The notes below the pieces were generated by a model. That model did not search any database and was not told where the DNA came from. It saw only the letters and a list, made by a program, of their open reading frames with translations. A stretch of DNA of 64,000 nucleotides from Mytilus edulis (lineage: Eukaryota): assembly GCF_963676685.1 (NCBI RefSeq), contig NC_092351.1:52824001-52888000 (forward strand), written 5' to 3'. A program made the position numbers and the translations under genes. Shown here in pieces: positions 11,321 to 24,115 of this stretch (its first letter is position 1; each line of letters begins with the position of its first letter).

Positions 11321-13783
11321 ATACCGCATTAGTCAGCTATAAAAGGTCCCGAAATGACAATGTAAAACAATTAAAACGAGAAAACTAACGGCCTAATTTA
11401 TGTATAAAATGAACGAAAAACAATTATGTAACATAAAGACAAACGACAACCACTGTATTATAGGCTCCTGACTTGGGACAGACACATACATAGAGAATGT
11501 GACGAGATTTAAAATGTTAGCGGGATTAATGCTATTAATGTTACAAGCGTTAGCCTTTCAAAAAGGGCTATTCGACTCTTAGCTGATGAAAATGGAAAGT
11601 GCTCTCGCTTTGTAGATTAATTCATTTACTAGAATAGCCACGTGCATCAATGAACAAATTCTACCACACACGTGAGAGCCTGTCTCCACTTATGAAAATT
11701 TCTGGATCTGCCACTCACTTTCCGATTATGACAATAAACATTAACAAGTAAAACTAACTAATAATCCTGACAATATGTATTACATGAAATGTTTGCCATT
11801 AGAAATGAAAATATAAATATTCAATGTCACAAAAGCTTGATAACACGTGCAACCAAATATAAAGCACTATAAAAGGCTAATACTAATATGAAGCTCTCAT
11901 TTTCAGGTCTCGGAGCAGATTCAGCCATTTTAAAAAAGGGGAGGTTCCAACCCAGGACAAAAGGGGGAGGGCTTCCAACTATATGCCCCATTTCAAATTC
12001 ATTGATCGGCAGAAAAAAGGGGAACATCCAACCCGGACCCTCCCCCCTGAATCCGCCACTGGAACTTTAATTGTCAAGATTACAAATCACAAAGTGATAA
12101 AAAAACATATATGAAGTCAGGTGACAACATGTTGAAGAAAATTATTTGCAATTAACGTTTCATTCCAAATCCAATTACCATAAACACATCTTTTTCAAGT
12201 ATTATTACATCTGAAAATTAGTAATAAAAACACTTAACTTGTACAGTCAAAACTAATTGCATTTTCTAAGACAAAAGTCAGATAAGATATCAATCACTTC
12301 TATACATGAAGATATAAGATGTAACATTCTCAAATTTGAAAGACCTTCTGTAGAAGTCCAAGTTGTAATCCTCAAAAGTACATGTATTTTATAATGCTTT
12401 TTTTTTGTCAAGTTGATTATAGACACAGTGTGCATTTTATTATAATAATGATCATTCCCAATTTCCATTCTCAATTATATTCAAAAAAAAAAAAAAACCC
12501 CTATAATACTTCTAAACCGTCAATATAATCAGCTAAAATACGGCAGGCTTTTTAGAAAAGCTATTACTTGTTGTTTACTCCAGAAGATTCGACTATTTAT
12601 AGATAAAGGTTACCTGTGTAAAATCTAATTGCTAAAATAGAGAGGACAAATCCGATACTCTACGGGATTGAAGGACATTTACTTGGATTGTCCTAACCAA
12701 TCAATAAATTTTGAGTATTCACGTCTCGTAATATCTTCCAATCAGGTAGCAAGAAAAATTCACGCCCTAACTGTCCATCGTTCAATTCTTAATCTCGACT
12801 CTCGAGTCGAGAACTAGGAGTCGAGAATCATGTGAGATCCATTCGCCATTTACGCTCGAAACATGATGTTGGAAGTCGTCGTGTGCAGTATCGAACCGTT
12901 AATCAGCATCAAAAATAGCAATATAAAGAATATAACTAGCTGACAAATACCTAATACTTAAACTATAAGAATAAACAATATATTGCTACCTCCAAAAGTA
13001 AAGTACCTTTAAAAAATGGCATTCCGGTACTATATTTCCATTTGGGTCAATGGTATGGGGGTGGGGGACTGTTTAAATCCTACATAGGAATCCAAAGAAA
13101 TTAACTTGATGTCAAACAAAAACCCAATTATTTTAATGGTGAAGAGCATGCATGCAAGTAATTTGCACTTGACAGGATACATAATGAGTTAGTCTATAAA
13201 ATGTCTGGAATGTGTTGGCACTCGCATATTATTTACTTATAGTTACTTATAATTAAAATCGATGCTATTTGTTGTCTATAAGTACACGTATAAATAATTC
13301 CAGTCGGTAATCCGTTATTGATGGTGCATTCTGCTAATCTTATCTTGTTCCACTGAATACTGACAACCACAAGCATTACACAGGCACATACAGATTGTGA
13401 CTGGGTTAAACATTTCTGAGAGGGATATCGATAAATTAATATTATTCAGAAAATTTCGGCTGACATAGACTTTCTAGTCTCATTTCACCCAAAAAGTCAC
13501 CCATAAACCCATATGTATATATCTATGGTTCTATGTGTATGACGTATGACCACATATGATTTTAAGACATTGATGCATAACCCTAACCCTAACGTGTTAG
13601 AGACCATAAACCAATCACTGCTGTAACAGAAACTCAATTTTGTTTTTTGACATTGTGGGTAGCTTTTGGAATTTTTCTTGTGAAAACTTATGAATGTGAT
13701 AATTTGATGATTTGATGTTTTTCACCTACATCATGTCAACTTCGTTAATATTATAAAGTTGTTATTTTCCATTTGTTCTATTG

Positions 13784-13900
13784 CAATCTAATTAAAATTG
13801 AATCCTTTAATTGCTCCTGTTCTGATATGTCGCGCATCAAGGCTTAATGCGCGACATATCAGAACAGGAGCAATTAAAGGATTTAATTTTAATTAGATTG
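13784..13900. mobile_element. Foldback hairpin mini-element, 9-bp TSD (Mutator-like)
   Basis: 54-bp arms starting CAATCTAATTAAAAT with a 9-nt loop; TSD GTTCTATTG on both sides. Confidence 0.85.
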
Positions 13901-14389
13901 GTTCTATTGTGGTAAATGGCGATGAGTGTTTTTGACGTATTTTGCCATTTAACTGTTCATGTTTAATATGCATGCATATCGTGACAATATCGATATATTG
14001 ACTACAGTAAGCAACAGGCCACAAGTACTTGGCCCCATGGGTGCCAAGATACAACAAAAAGAACTAAAATTGGCGTAAAACACCCAAAAAATATCTTTCA
14101 ACCAATCAAATATATATCTATCAGTCAAGTTTGCGTTCATGTTGATACTACAGAAAATATGAAATATAATTTAATAAATGCATGTTTAAATATCTAAGTC
14201 GATGAAAACCGGTTTTCGAATCTGACTGAATGATTATATATAAACGTTTAATATGTAACATGTGCATCATAGTGTAATTGAATCCGGTATATAGCCTAAT
14301 AAAGAAGTTTTAAAAATTCTGTAATTTTATTCGACCATGTAAAATATAGAGATCTTGATATAGATCTTAAACATCATTTAACTATCAAT

Positions 14390-14595
14390 CGAACGTTCTA
14401 GTTATTTACAAAACATCATTAACATGTTATAAAATATTAAAATAGATATAAAAATGTGTTGGTCTTCGTATCATAATTGCGTTTCACAAATTATTGAAAA
14501 TAGATAGCAATAATTAGAATTTTCTAGACGTGTACATGCATGATTATATATTTTGTATACACAAACACATACAGGTAAAATCTAGAAGTATCTAT
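14390..14595 (+). promoter_or_regulatory. Putative heat-shock elements upstream of HSP70
   Basis: Inverted nGAAn arrays: cGAAcgTTCt (14390-14399), aGAAttTTCtaGAc (14516-14529) and a weaker aTCtaGAAgtaTC (~14580-14592), 330-540 bp upstream of the ATG. Confidence 0.55.
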
Positions 14596-14927
14596 AGAAA
14601 AAACATCAAATGAATATTTATTAACTTAGTCAGTTTCACGAGGCGTAAATATACTACATATATCAACCTGTGTGAAGCTGCACTTATTTCACGTCTTACA
14701 TTGTTTGTATTTTGGCAAGAAAATAGCTGACTTTATATTATTTGATTTGTCTCTGAGTTCGTATAGAACTTCCGTGTTTCGAGCTCGGATATAGTTAGAC
14801 GTTTCTGGGACTAATAAGTGTAGAAACCGAAAGAGACTAATTTGTTTTAGTTAAGAACTAAAAACTTTATCTGTTGTATATAATCTTCTTCAAATTTGCT
14901 GGCTATTTCTGATAGATTAATTTGAAA

Positions 14928-16829
14928 ATGACTGCAAAAGCGGTTGGAATCGATCTTGGAACAACTTATTCTTGTGTTGGAGCTTTCCAGAACGGTAAGG
15001 TTGAAATTATAGCCAATGACCAAGGGAACAGAACAACCCCGAGTTACGTGGCGTTTACGGAAACTGAACGTTTGATTGGAGATGCAGCTAAAAGCCAAGT
15101 TGCGATGAATGCCACCAACTCGGTATTTGACGCAAAACGTCTGATCGGTCGTAAATTTGATGACATTTCGGTGCAGAACGATATGAAACATTGGTCATTT
15201 AAAGTAGTAAATGTCAATAACAAACCAATGATTCAGGTGGAATTTAAAGGAGAAACGAAAAAATTCAGTGCCGAAGAAATCAGTTCAATGGTACTTACAA
15301 AAATGGCGGAGACGGCAAGTGCATATCTTGGAAAGAAAATAAAAGATGTCGTTGTAACGGTACCAGCTTATTTCAACGATTCTCAAAGGCAAGCAACTAA
15401 AGATTCTGGATCAATCGCTGGATTAAATGTTTTGAGGATTATCAATGAGCCAACCGCCGCGGCTCTAGCCTACGGTCTCGATAAAAATCTCAAAGGTGAA
15501 AAGAATGTTTTAATCTATGATCTTGGAGGCGGTACATTCGATGTATCGATTCTTACCATCGATGAAGGATCGATGTTCGAGGTGAGGTCCACGGCGGGAG
15601 ATACTCACCTTGGTGGAGAGGATTTTGATATTAGAATGGTGGATTTTTTCATGCAGGAATTCAAACGGAAACACCACAAGGATATGAGCGGCAATAACAG
15701 AGCCGTGAGGAGACTGAGAACGGCATGCGAAAGGGCGAAGCGAACTTTGTCTAGCAGTGCCGAGGCAAGTATAGAAATTGATTCACTATTTGACGGTGTT
15801 GATTATTATACTAAAATATCACGTGCTAGATTCGAAGAGCTCAATGCAGATCTATTTAGGGGAACACTTGAACCGGTCGAACGTGCACTTCGAGATGCAA
15901 AACTTGATAAATCTAAAATCCATGACGTTGTCCTGGTCGGTGGATCTACTAGAATTCCCAAAATTCAAAAGCTATTACAAGAATTCATGGCAGGAAGAGA
16001 GCTTAATAAATCGATCAATCCCGATGAAGCTGTCGCCTATGGCGCTGCGATACAAGCCGCCGTTCTAACAGGCGACACCAGCGAAGCAATCAAAGATGTA
16101 CTCTTAGTTGACGTTGCGCCATTGTCTTTGGGAATTGAAACAGCAGGTGGCGTTATGACAAATCTGATCGACCGGAACAGCAGAATACCTTGTAAAATGG
16201 CAAAAACATTTACAACTTATGCAGACAACCAACCTGGTGTTCATATACAGGTGTATGAAGGTGAGAGGGCTATGACCAAAGACAATAATCTGTTAGGAAA
16301 TTTTGATTTAAATGGTATACCACCCGCACCACGTGGTGTGCCGCAAATTGAAGTGACATTTGACATTGACGCTAACGGAATCTTAAATGTTCATGCCGAG
16401 GATAAAAGTACGGGTAAATCGAATAAAATTACAATTACAAACGATAAAGGACGATTGAGCAAGGCCGAAATAGACCGAATGGTTAACGAAGCAGAGAAAT
16501 ACAAAGATGAAGATGATAAACAGCGCGAAAGAGTAACTGCGAAAAATCAGCTTGAGAATTATGCTTTTACCGTTCGGATGGCAATAAATGACGCTGGCGA
16601 CAAGCTGTCACAAGATGAAAAAGACAAAGTGTTGAAAAAATGTGAAGAAACACTGAAATGGCTAGAAGCAAACACGTTAGCCGATAAAGATGAATACGAC
16701 TATCACATGAAAGATTTACAACAGGTAGCTTCGCCTGTAATGACAAAATTACATGGAGGCGGTGCCAAATCCGGAGGCGAATCACACGGAGGCTCAACAC
16801 AGGGACCAACAGTTGAGGAAGTAGATTAA
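14928..16829 (+). CDS. HSP70: Heat shock protein 70, cytosolic inducible type, intronless (633 aa)
   Basis: ORF carries [44 protein letters not shown] and ends GPTVEEVD. It has the DEGSMFEV variant typical of inducible invertebrate HSP70, no GGMP repeats and no introns. First ATG is at 14928 (the track starts at an upstream TTG). AATAAA at ~16979. Confidence 0.97.
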   Translation: MTAKAVGIDLGTTYSCVGAFQNGKVEIIANDQGNRTTPSYVAFTETERLIGDAAKSQVAMNATNSVFDAKRLIGRKFDDISVQNDMKHWSFKVVNVNNKPMIQVEFKGETKKFSAEEISSMVLTKMAETASAYLGKKIKDVVVTVPAYFNDSQRQATKDSGSIAGLNVLRIINEPTAAALAYGLDKNLKGEKNVLIYDLGGGTFDVSILTIDEGSMFEVRSTAGDTHLGGEDFDIRMVDFFMQEFKRKHHKDMSGNNRAVRRLRTACERAKRTLSSSAEASIEIDSLFDGVDYYTKISRARFEELNADLFRGTLEPVERALRDAKLDKSKIHDVVLVGGSTRIPKIQKLLQEFMAGRELNKSINPDEAVAYGAAIQAAVLTGDTSEAIKDVLLVDVAPLSLGIETAGGVMTNLIDRNSRIPCKMAKTFTTYADNQPGVHIQVYEGERAMTKDNNLLGNFDLNGIPPAPRGVPQIEVTFDIDANGILNVHAEDKSTGKSNKITITNDKGRLSKAEIDRMVNEAEKYKDEDDKQRERVTAKNQLENYAFTVRMAINDAGDKLSQDEKDKVLKKCEETLKWLEANTLADKDEYDYHMKDLQQVASPVMTKLHGGGAKSGGESHGGSTQGPTVEEVD

Positions 16830-17221
16830 TGAATTGACAAAGAAATATATGACATGTATTCATATAATAAATCTGTATTTTTTTCATATTATGCTTAAGT
16901 GTTGAATAATCAGTTTGTTTTGCTGTTTGACGCTTAGCAATTTTCATTGCATATATAATATATCGCTTCATGTTTCAAAATAAAAATTTATTTTATTTTA
17001 ATTTTGCTTTCAAATTGAACTGATACATATTGTTCATGAACAATTTATTTGTTCAGTTTCTAGTTTAAAAATACTTTAAATATTTCTTTGGAAGCGAATT
17101 TAAAAGTGGTACAGATTTGCTGCTAGTAAAAGAAATTTAAATACGAAGGTTGGATGAAGAAATCCAGGGGGGAAAAGGGGGGCATTGAAAATTGAAGAGG
17201 TATAAATTTGTTGAATGTTAA

Positions 17222-18137
17222 GACGGCGTGCACAAAGTTGACGGCAACTGTAAAATGCGCTTTTTCAATAGCTTTAAACATATAATATTTATATGTATTT
17301 TTAATATTTTTTGAAGAAGAATTTTTTTTTCATGATAAAATGATGAATGCATGCCATAAGAATCCACATTACTAGTAAGGTAAATTAATATTTAATCTAT
17401 AAAGCATGAAACGGACATATAGAAAACGGCAAAAAATCGGTGTAACTTGTAACATTAAATTAGCATAAAATAGAGTTTTTGACCTAAAACTTATACAAAT
17501 TTAACATTGTATCCCACATTTTCGTATAATAGAATTGTTCAGATTCGGACTCTGACATTATATGAAATTTACCGCCAAAAAATCAAAAACGACCATAGTA
17601 GATAAGTTTGGAATGATCTTCGTTATGTGTAAGAAGTAGTAATTTGGAAGGACTAATAATCAAAATGGAAGAATCGGTAAGAAAAAATATGTTATTGCTA
17701 TCTTTTTATTTCCAAAAGAACTTGGTATTTGAAATGTGCAAACCCAGAGGTTTAATAAAATCTGCAACATATGAATGATTCGATAGTCCAGACTGAACAC
17801 CTGAATTTTTTAAATGTCCAGCTATTATGTTACAATCTAAAGAAATGGCGTTTTGACGCTGTTTTCCGAAAAGGATCCACGACATCGTCGCTAATTATTT
17901 CCATTATACTGCTCGTAGCAAATATTTATTTATATTTTCAAAATGTGCATTTGCTGCACTTTTTTGTTCGAAAAAAAAAAGAAATATGTTGAACGTGAAT
18001 GTCTAGGATTATGTGGTAAACTCAGTGTCCAGTGTTTTTGTTACGCTTACGTTTTTTGAGGGAAAATACCGACGTCGTAAATGGTTTTTGTAATTTGAAG
18101 ACGTTACATTTGTAGACTCAGCTTTGTGCACGCCGTC
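17222..18137. mobile_element. MITE with TAA TSD (Harbinger/Zator-type) downstream of HSP70
   Basis: TAA|GACGGCGTGCACAAAG ... CTTTGTGCACGCCGTC|TAA. Confidence 0.75.
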
Positions 18138-18890
18138 TAAGCGTTAAGGTTATACATGTAATGATAAGGGGAATTGTCTTCATATTTCAGATTAGATAAA
18201 ATAGAAAAATAGAGAATAACAAACAAAAACAAAAATGTTGACATACTTCTGCGTGTCACTTTTTCAATATACCCAGTTGAGGTACCAGCTCGGATTTAGC
18301 GTAGCCTTGCATATACAATAATGAGATGTGGTATGATTTCCTATGAAAAAAACAATCCAACAGCGACCAACCGACAGAGTGGTTTGCAACTATGAGTCTT
18401 TCTGAGGCCTTTATCTAAAGGTGCAGAAAAGCTGGATCTAACTACATACAAATAAATATAATCTATGACCGGATTTGATGATATGCAAGTTTTCATAAAT
18501 TTAAAAAAAAATATTTTTACAAAGTTTTGCGTATGCAATCCTCTTCTAGTGATCCCCATTCATTTGACTCTCTTTCTGGATTTTCATATGCCTAATGGCA
18601 CGATACGAATATGTCTTCGAGTTTATAGAAGACTGTGGTTATGTTTTATCTAATTGGCTGTATACGCATATGTTAAATGGTGAGGTAACGACATTTTCTT
18701 GAGATGTTCTCCTGATTATAAAACAAATCACACAACACGTAAATAAAAAGAACCTCCACAAATCTCCAATGGTTCTTATTAAGCATACACAAGCAAATGT
18801 AACGTGCTTTACAATTTACTGATGAATAGTGGACAGATTAATTTAATTACAATAGAAATTGTAATATACTAGTATTTAAACTCCTTTGTC

Positions 18891-19290
18891 TTGTTAAAAC
18901 ATGATTCTTATATAACGACTTCAAATAGCGAAGACTTCTTCAAGAATGATGAATTGCATTTCCAATTATTCGCAAAAAGAGATGGATTTCTAACTTCGGC
19001 ACTATTTATTCATACAGTTTCAGATAAATCAGTAGAGTATTTTCAAAAGTGTGAGGTGGGTAATAGCGTGGTCATCGACTTAGTGAAAGCAAATACTCGA
19101 AAACGTACTTTTACTGCATCTAGGACACCACATGAGGCATTTAGGAAGAAATTTAGCTCGACATAAATCAGTAATCTTACGTTATTTTAAGGGGTCAAGG
19201 ATGCAAACCGGTTAGGGAGGTATCAGCATAGTTCTCGTCAAATTTTCGAGGATAAAGGTAGATCAAGGGTAAAAGTGGATTCCAAAACTC
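18891..19290 (+). pseudogene. Possible decayed non-LTR (CR1/L2-type) reverse transcriptase fragment
   Basis: ...GNSVVIDLVKA...PH...KKF followed by ..GRSRVKVDS loosely resembles RT LDxxKAFDxVxH / RxQxV motifs. Highly degenerate. Confidence 0.3.
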
Positions 19291-20311
19291 CCACCCCACC
19301 CCCTTTTTTCCTGCATTCTTATCTCATTGGCATGTTCACATTCTAAGTATCCCTGTAATAGTTGCTGCTGGGCATTTTAAACAAAATGGAACAAAATGTA
19401 ATCGAAACACGTATTACGTTTTTCAAACATTTCAAACATCATGCATTTACCATCAAGTTGTCAGCAATCAATATTCATTAGTTTATTTTTTGGCGAGAAG
19501 TACATTTCGTGCGAGTTAAATAATGTCGATTGCATTCCATTGTAGTGAATAGCATCTCTAAGTTGTAATTATTTGTAGTTTATACATTTAGGCATAACTC
19601 CAAAACGTGATACTGCGGAGGAGGATTGTAATTAACTATAATGCATATTACACTGCGATGAAAAATGCCATTTAAAATTTATTGTCTGATAATAGATGAA
19701 CACTTGTAGTTGCACTTGAAGTATAAACATTTCCGGGTCGGGTTGGGAGATGGGCGTGCTATGGAAATATTCATTTCCAACTGTTGATTTAAGTCAGCTT
19801 ATTTGTTTTGAGCAAAAATATTTTCTATTTTAGTTTCCTGCATTATGTGGGGTTGAATATTTTTCGTTCAATTTTGCGCTATATTCAACTATATTCATTT
19901 TGATTTTAGTTCATTTAATTTTATATTTCGGATTTTAGAATGACGTCGATTATCACTGAAGTAGAACACATTTTGTTTAGGGGCCAGCTAAAGCACGCCT
20001 CCGGTTACGAGATTGTCTCGCTTTGTTGAAGACGCATTGGAGGATTTCGGCTGTTTTCTACATTTTTGGTCGGTTTATTGTCTCATTGACACATTCCCCA
20101 TTTCCATTCTAAAGCCAGGCAAGAATATTCGCCCCTTCCCTTTTCCATGTGAAAATACAGGAAATTGTTCTATGCCCTGGAATGTTCCTCTACTCGAGTT
20201 TCGTTTGTCCATCTTTTCTGCATATAAAAGAATATATATACTAGCAGGATTACAAAAATTAATGGACGGAATAATACAACAGGTTATCCACGATCAACTC
20301 TGCACTTAAAA

Positions 20312-22251
20312 GAGGGGGGCAAGGGGGTCCCAATAACAGCAAAACAGCAAATTGATTTGGCTTATAACAGATAACAAGGAATTAAAATGGACAAAAACAG
20401 TTAACAGTAAATGAAATATTAAAATAAGTCGGGTCCTTGACAAAATCCAGTATTTCTTATTACGGGTATAATCCTTTGTAATAAATTCCATTTTCTATGA
20501 ATATGGTTTTTAGAATTATGTATCTAGATATGTATTTGGTATATTCTTGTCCGTCCGTCGTCAATATGTCGGACATTAACTCAAACACACTTTAACCAAT
20601 TTACAAAAAACTTTGGGAAATTATTTACATCTATTGACATGAGCTCCCTTTTTTTTTTTTTTTTTTTTATAAATTTTAGATTTTAAGTTTCTGAGTAATG
20701 GGGTTTTATTCAATAAAAATGGTTTTTTTTTCAGTTTTCGGATATCTCAAAAATCCTTTCACAAATTTGCAAAGAATTTTGGTGAATTGTTTACTATATC
20801 TATTGACATGAGCTCCCTTTCGATTTTTATAAATTTTAGATTTTACGGTTCCGAGTTTAGGGGTTTTATTAATTAAAAAGGGGGGATTTTTTAGTTTTCG
20901 GACATTAACACAAAAACGTTTTCAGCAGTTCTCATGGAACTTTGCTAAATTGTTTATATCTATTGTTGTAAGCGCCCTTTCGATTTTTATTAATTTTCGA
21001 TTTTATGTTATTCAGTTAAGGGGTTTATTCATTAAAAAAGATGGTATTCTTCAGTTTTCGGACAATAACTCAAAATTTTTTTCAGCAGTTCTCATGAAAC
21101 TTTGATGTATTGTTTATAAACATAATATATATTGACTGATTTTTATAAATATCTGATATGGCATTGAGAAGTTATCGAATATTTCAAAAAGATGACGGGC
21201 GTATCATGCGCTCATGGCGTAGCTGTTAATTTGTTATAAAAGACTTTTTTCAGCATTTATTTTTGTACAGTTATTGAAACTCACACATGCTTGTAATTTA
21301 AATAGTGTGTAATAAAATTAAGAATGGAAATGAGGAATATGTCAAAGAGACAAAAATGATATCTAGTAAAAATTCAAGGGCAGTTATGGTATCAAAGTAG
21401 GCTGAATTGACATAGTTCTTGTGTTTGTTGCTACTTAAAATGACCTAAAAGAGTTTGAATATATATATTCACATTCTGACTTTTTTAATGCCCATTTAAT
21501 GAGGTGTGTGATTTTTTCTGAATAAGACTATGAGGAAAAGTTGTCATGATGATATAGGGTAGAAACATCAAAAGCACCAATTATAAGCATGCAATTTGTC
21601 AAGTATCTCGAACCAATTTTGACACTCCAAAAGTAATTTATTTCACTATTTTCAAAGGCCTTATTTGAACAATTTTTTATCAGGTTTTCGATTGTACTGC
21701 TTTGAAAAGAGCTGAGTCTATGTAAAAGGTTAACTGGTTGTAAGGACCTAGCTAAAGTCCTTAATTGAAATCCTTGTCAGAAATTCATGGCCATATGTTT
21801 TCCTTTTTGTCATATTAAGAATTGTTCTAATTTGATATGTTCGTACGGATGATTCTAATAAATGCTAAAAAAAAAATGGAATATATAACAAAGGACAATC
21901 ATAAGATATACTGGAATTTTTCTGGAACTCACTTCTGTGATGGGTATATGTTAATGGAATCCTTCTCCGGATACGGGACCAACATATTAGTAGTGGTAGA
22001 CTCTAATGTCCAATGATCTTCAATTTCTACCGAATTTTGGCTGTCAAAAAATGCTAACATTCCAATTTTCAATAACAGTTAACAGCAAATACATTATCAC
22101 AATAACAGATAACAAAAAAAACGAAAAGCCCAATAACAGCTAACAAAGAATAAGACAATAACAGCTAACAGCAAATATATTTTCAGAATAACAGATAACA
22201 AAGAACTAAAATGCCCCATAACAGCATAACAGCTAAACCCCTTGCCCCCTC
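20312..22251. mobile_element. GAGG-terminal element with 6-bp TSD, carrying nested repeats
   Basis: TTAAAA|GAGGGGGGCAAGGGG ... CCCCTTGCCCCCTC|TTAAAA, with subterminal (A)TAACAG repeats at both ends. Confidence 0.72.
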
Positions 22252-22411
22252 TTAAAAATGACAAAGACACAATGGCATTACATTCATCATAGATACCAGG
22301 ATTGAAATTTTGTACGCATCTGCGTCAGATGGGCGTTTCGTCTATATTGAAAAAAACTCATCAGTGACCACTCTAATCTAAAAGGTAAAAAGAACGATAA
22401 GTACCTATAAA

Positions 22412-22448
22412 CTGAGACTACTATAACACTGTGTTATAGTAGTCTCAG
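22412..22448. mobile_element. 37-bp perfect hairpin with 7-bp direct repeat
   Basis: CTATAAA|CTGAGACTACTATAACAC T GTGTTATAGTAGTCTCAG|CTATAAA. Confidence 0.7.
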
Positions 22449-22498
22449 CTATAAATGAATCAATCGTTTTATTACTCAACAAAATAATTATATAAGTT

Positions 22499-22654
22499 CA
22501 TTGGCGGATCCAGAAATTTTCATAAGTGAGGGCCCATTGACTGCCTGAGAGGGGCTCCGCTCCGGTCATGCTTCAGTGATTCTCTATATAAGCAATTAAT
22601 GTTTTCCCAGAAAGGAGGGGGCGGGCCCCTGGGCCCCCTCTAAATCCACCTCTG
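22499..22654. mobile_element. CA(G/T)TGGCGGATC-terminal MITE, 5-bp TSD
   Basis: TSD AAGTT on both sides; internal sequence shared with the copy at 36132-36273. Confidence 0.7.
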
Positions 22655-23539
22655 AAGTTACAACTTATTTAATTAAATTTAATTTTTTGTATCATGTGAA
22701 ATTAAATATTAGATATTCGATGTTTGAATAGTAGTTATTGAACAAATAAAGTGTTGTGTTAAATTACAGGGTATATGCATGTGTAGGGCAAGGGAGCAAT
22801 TGTCCCGACAAAATTGAAAAAAGATAATGAAAATGAAATTCTAGACCATTAATTATATAGAATAGAGAAGCTATTTTTATTATATTTGTTGCTAGTCACT
22901 TTCAGATGTTTCAAAGGTCACTGAATCACATCTTCACTTGTGTCTCTCTAAACGGACGTTCACTGACATGGCGCCAGTGGTCTGATTGGAGTTCGTTCAT
23001 TATCCTCGACCAAAACACTTCATGTTTACGCGGACTTTACGGATCTTGACGTTTTTCCGCAGTGTTTTCAAGGCAGGACCAAGTTATGATAAACAAAAAT
23101 GCAGGACAACATTCAAGTTTCATCCTAGGCCCCCCCTCTCTCCAATAAAAATCAAATTGTAGCTCCCTAATGAGAAGACACACATAATGACATTTGATTT
23201 CGGGGCGGGGATTCTTTTTTCTTTTCTGACGGAATATTTTTTTATTTTTATTATTTTTACAATATGAAAAGTGGGACTATATTTATCATTTATTATCAGA
23301 TGCAAGCCTTGCTTTTCTGTTTTTAATATTATTAAAGGGCCTAGCTGCAAATACGTAGCTCTTAAGGTCCTTCTGATGATTTTGATATTTTCAGAAATTT
23401 CAAAAGCACCATAGAGCTACATTTTCGCCGCTATAAAGGATCGTAAAGATCTATAAAGATCTATAAATTGCCTAGTTTTTCGAAATAAGTTTTCAAGTTT
23501 TCCCGCCAAGTTTGACGAGGGGACATAACTCAAAAAGTA

Positions 23540-23664
23540 CACCGGAAGTAAACAAACTCGGCATGCGAAAACCTGTTAAAAATTTAGTTGTTGCTATCTA
23601 ATGCAATAGGTGTAGATCAAAGATAAAAAAGCTAGTCCAACATAGAATATACAATTTGGTAAGT
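23540..23664 (+). promoter_or_regulatory. Candidate DNAAF6 promoter / non-coding first exon
   Basis: CCGGAAGT (ETS-type) overlaps GTAAACAAA (forkhead-type) at ~23542-23556. A partial X-box-like GTTGCTAT lies at ~23591 and a strong donor G|GTAAGT at 23658/23659. The coding exon at 26839 has a ttttcag acceptor, so an upstream 5'UTR exon is expected. Confidence 0.4.
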
Positions 23665-23749
23665 ACCTTCCTTAAATTGGTGAATGATATTGGGTGTAAC
23701 CGTTAAAAACTACAAGTACTACGCCAAAAATATAATAGACTGTTCCACA

Positions 23750-23871
23750 CACAGGCACTTGTTTCTATCAATTCAGACAATTGGAAGACCCACTATCAAC
23801 GTATATTTACGAGCGTAACGTAAATATACGTTGATAGTGGGTCTTCCAATTGATAGAAACAAGTGCCTGTG
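23750..23871. mobile_element. Foldback hairpin mini-element, 8-bp TSD
   Basis: Arms CACAGGCACTTGTTTCTATC... and ...GATAGAAACAAGTGCCTGTG; TSD GTTCCACA. Confidence 0.8.
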
Positions 23872-23969
23872 GTTCCACATAATTTTTTAGTGTACCAAAG
23901 TGTTGCAGAGAAAACCGTGATTTTATACAGTCTTTGAAAAAAAAAATTTTTCAATTTTTACAGTCTAGT

Positions 23970-24115
23970 TAGCTGCGGAACCGTAGCTCTTAGGTCCTTG
24001 TGGTTTTTTTTTACTATTTGCGGGACCGCAAATTGTATGTTATTTTTTTACTATTTGCGGACCGCAAATAGTAAAAAAATAACATAAGGACCTAAGAGCT
24101 ACAGTACTGCAGCTA
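23970..24115. mobile_element. Foldback mini-element, 9-bp TSD
   Basis: TAGCTGC..GTAGCTCTTAGGTCCTT ... AAGGACCTAAGAGCTAC..GCAGCTA with TSD CAGTCTAGT. A related terminus lies at ~23342. Confidence 0.8.

Noticed and set aside
12540-12760. TATA/CCAAT/HSE-like motifs suggesting a divergent promoter
   Set aside because: No supportable coding exon downstream on either strand; such motifs are frequent by chance in AT-rich DNA.
13578-13593. TAACCCTAACCCTAAC telomere-like motif
   Set aside because: Only ~2.5 units, too short to call an interstitial telomeric site.
14847-16971. Antisense and alternative-frame ORFs overlapping HSP70
   Set aside because: Short shadow ORFs typical of HSP70 genes, with no independent evidence.
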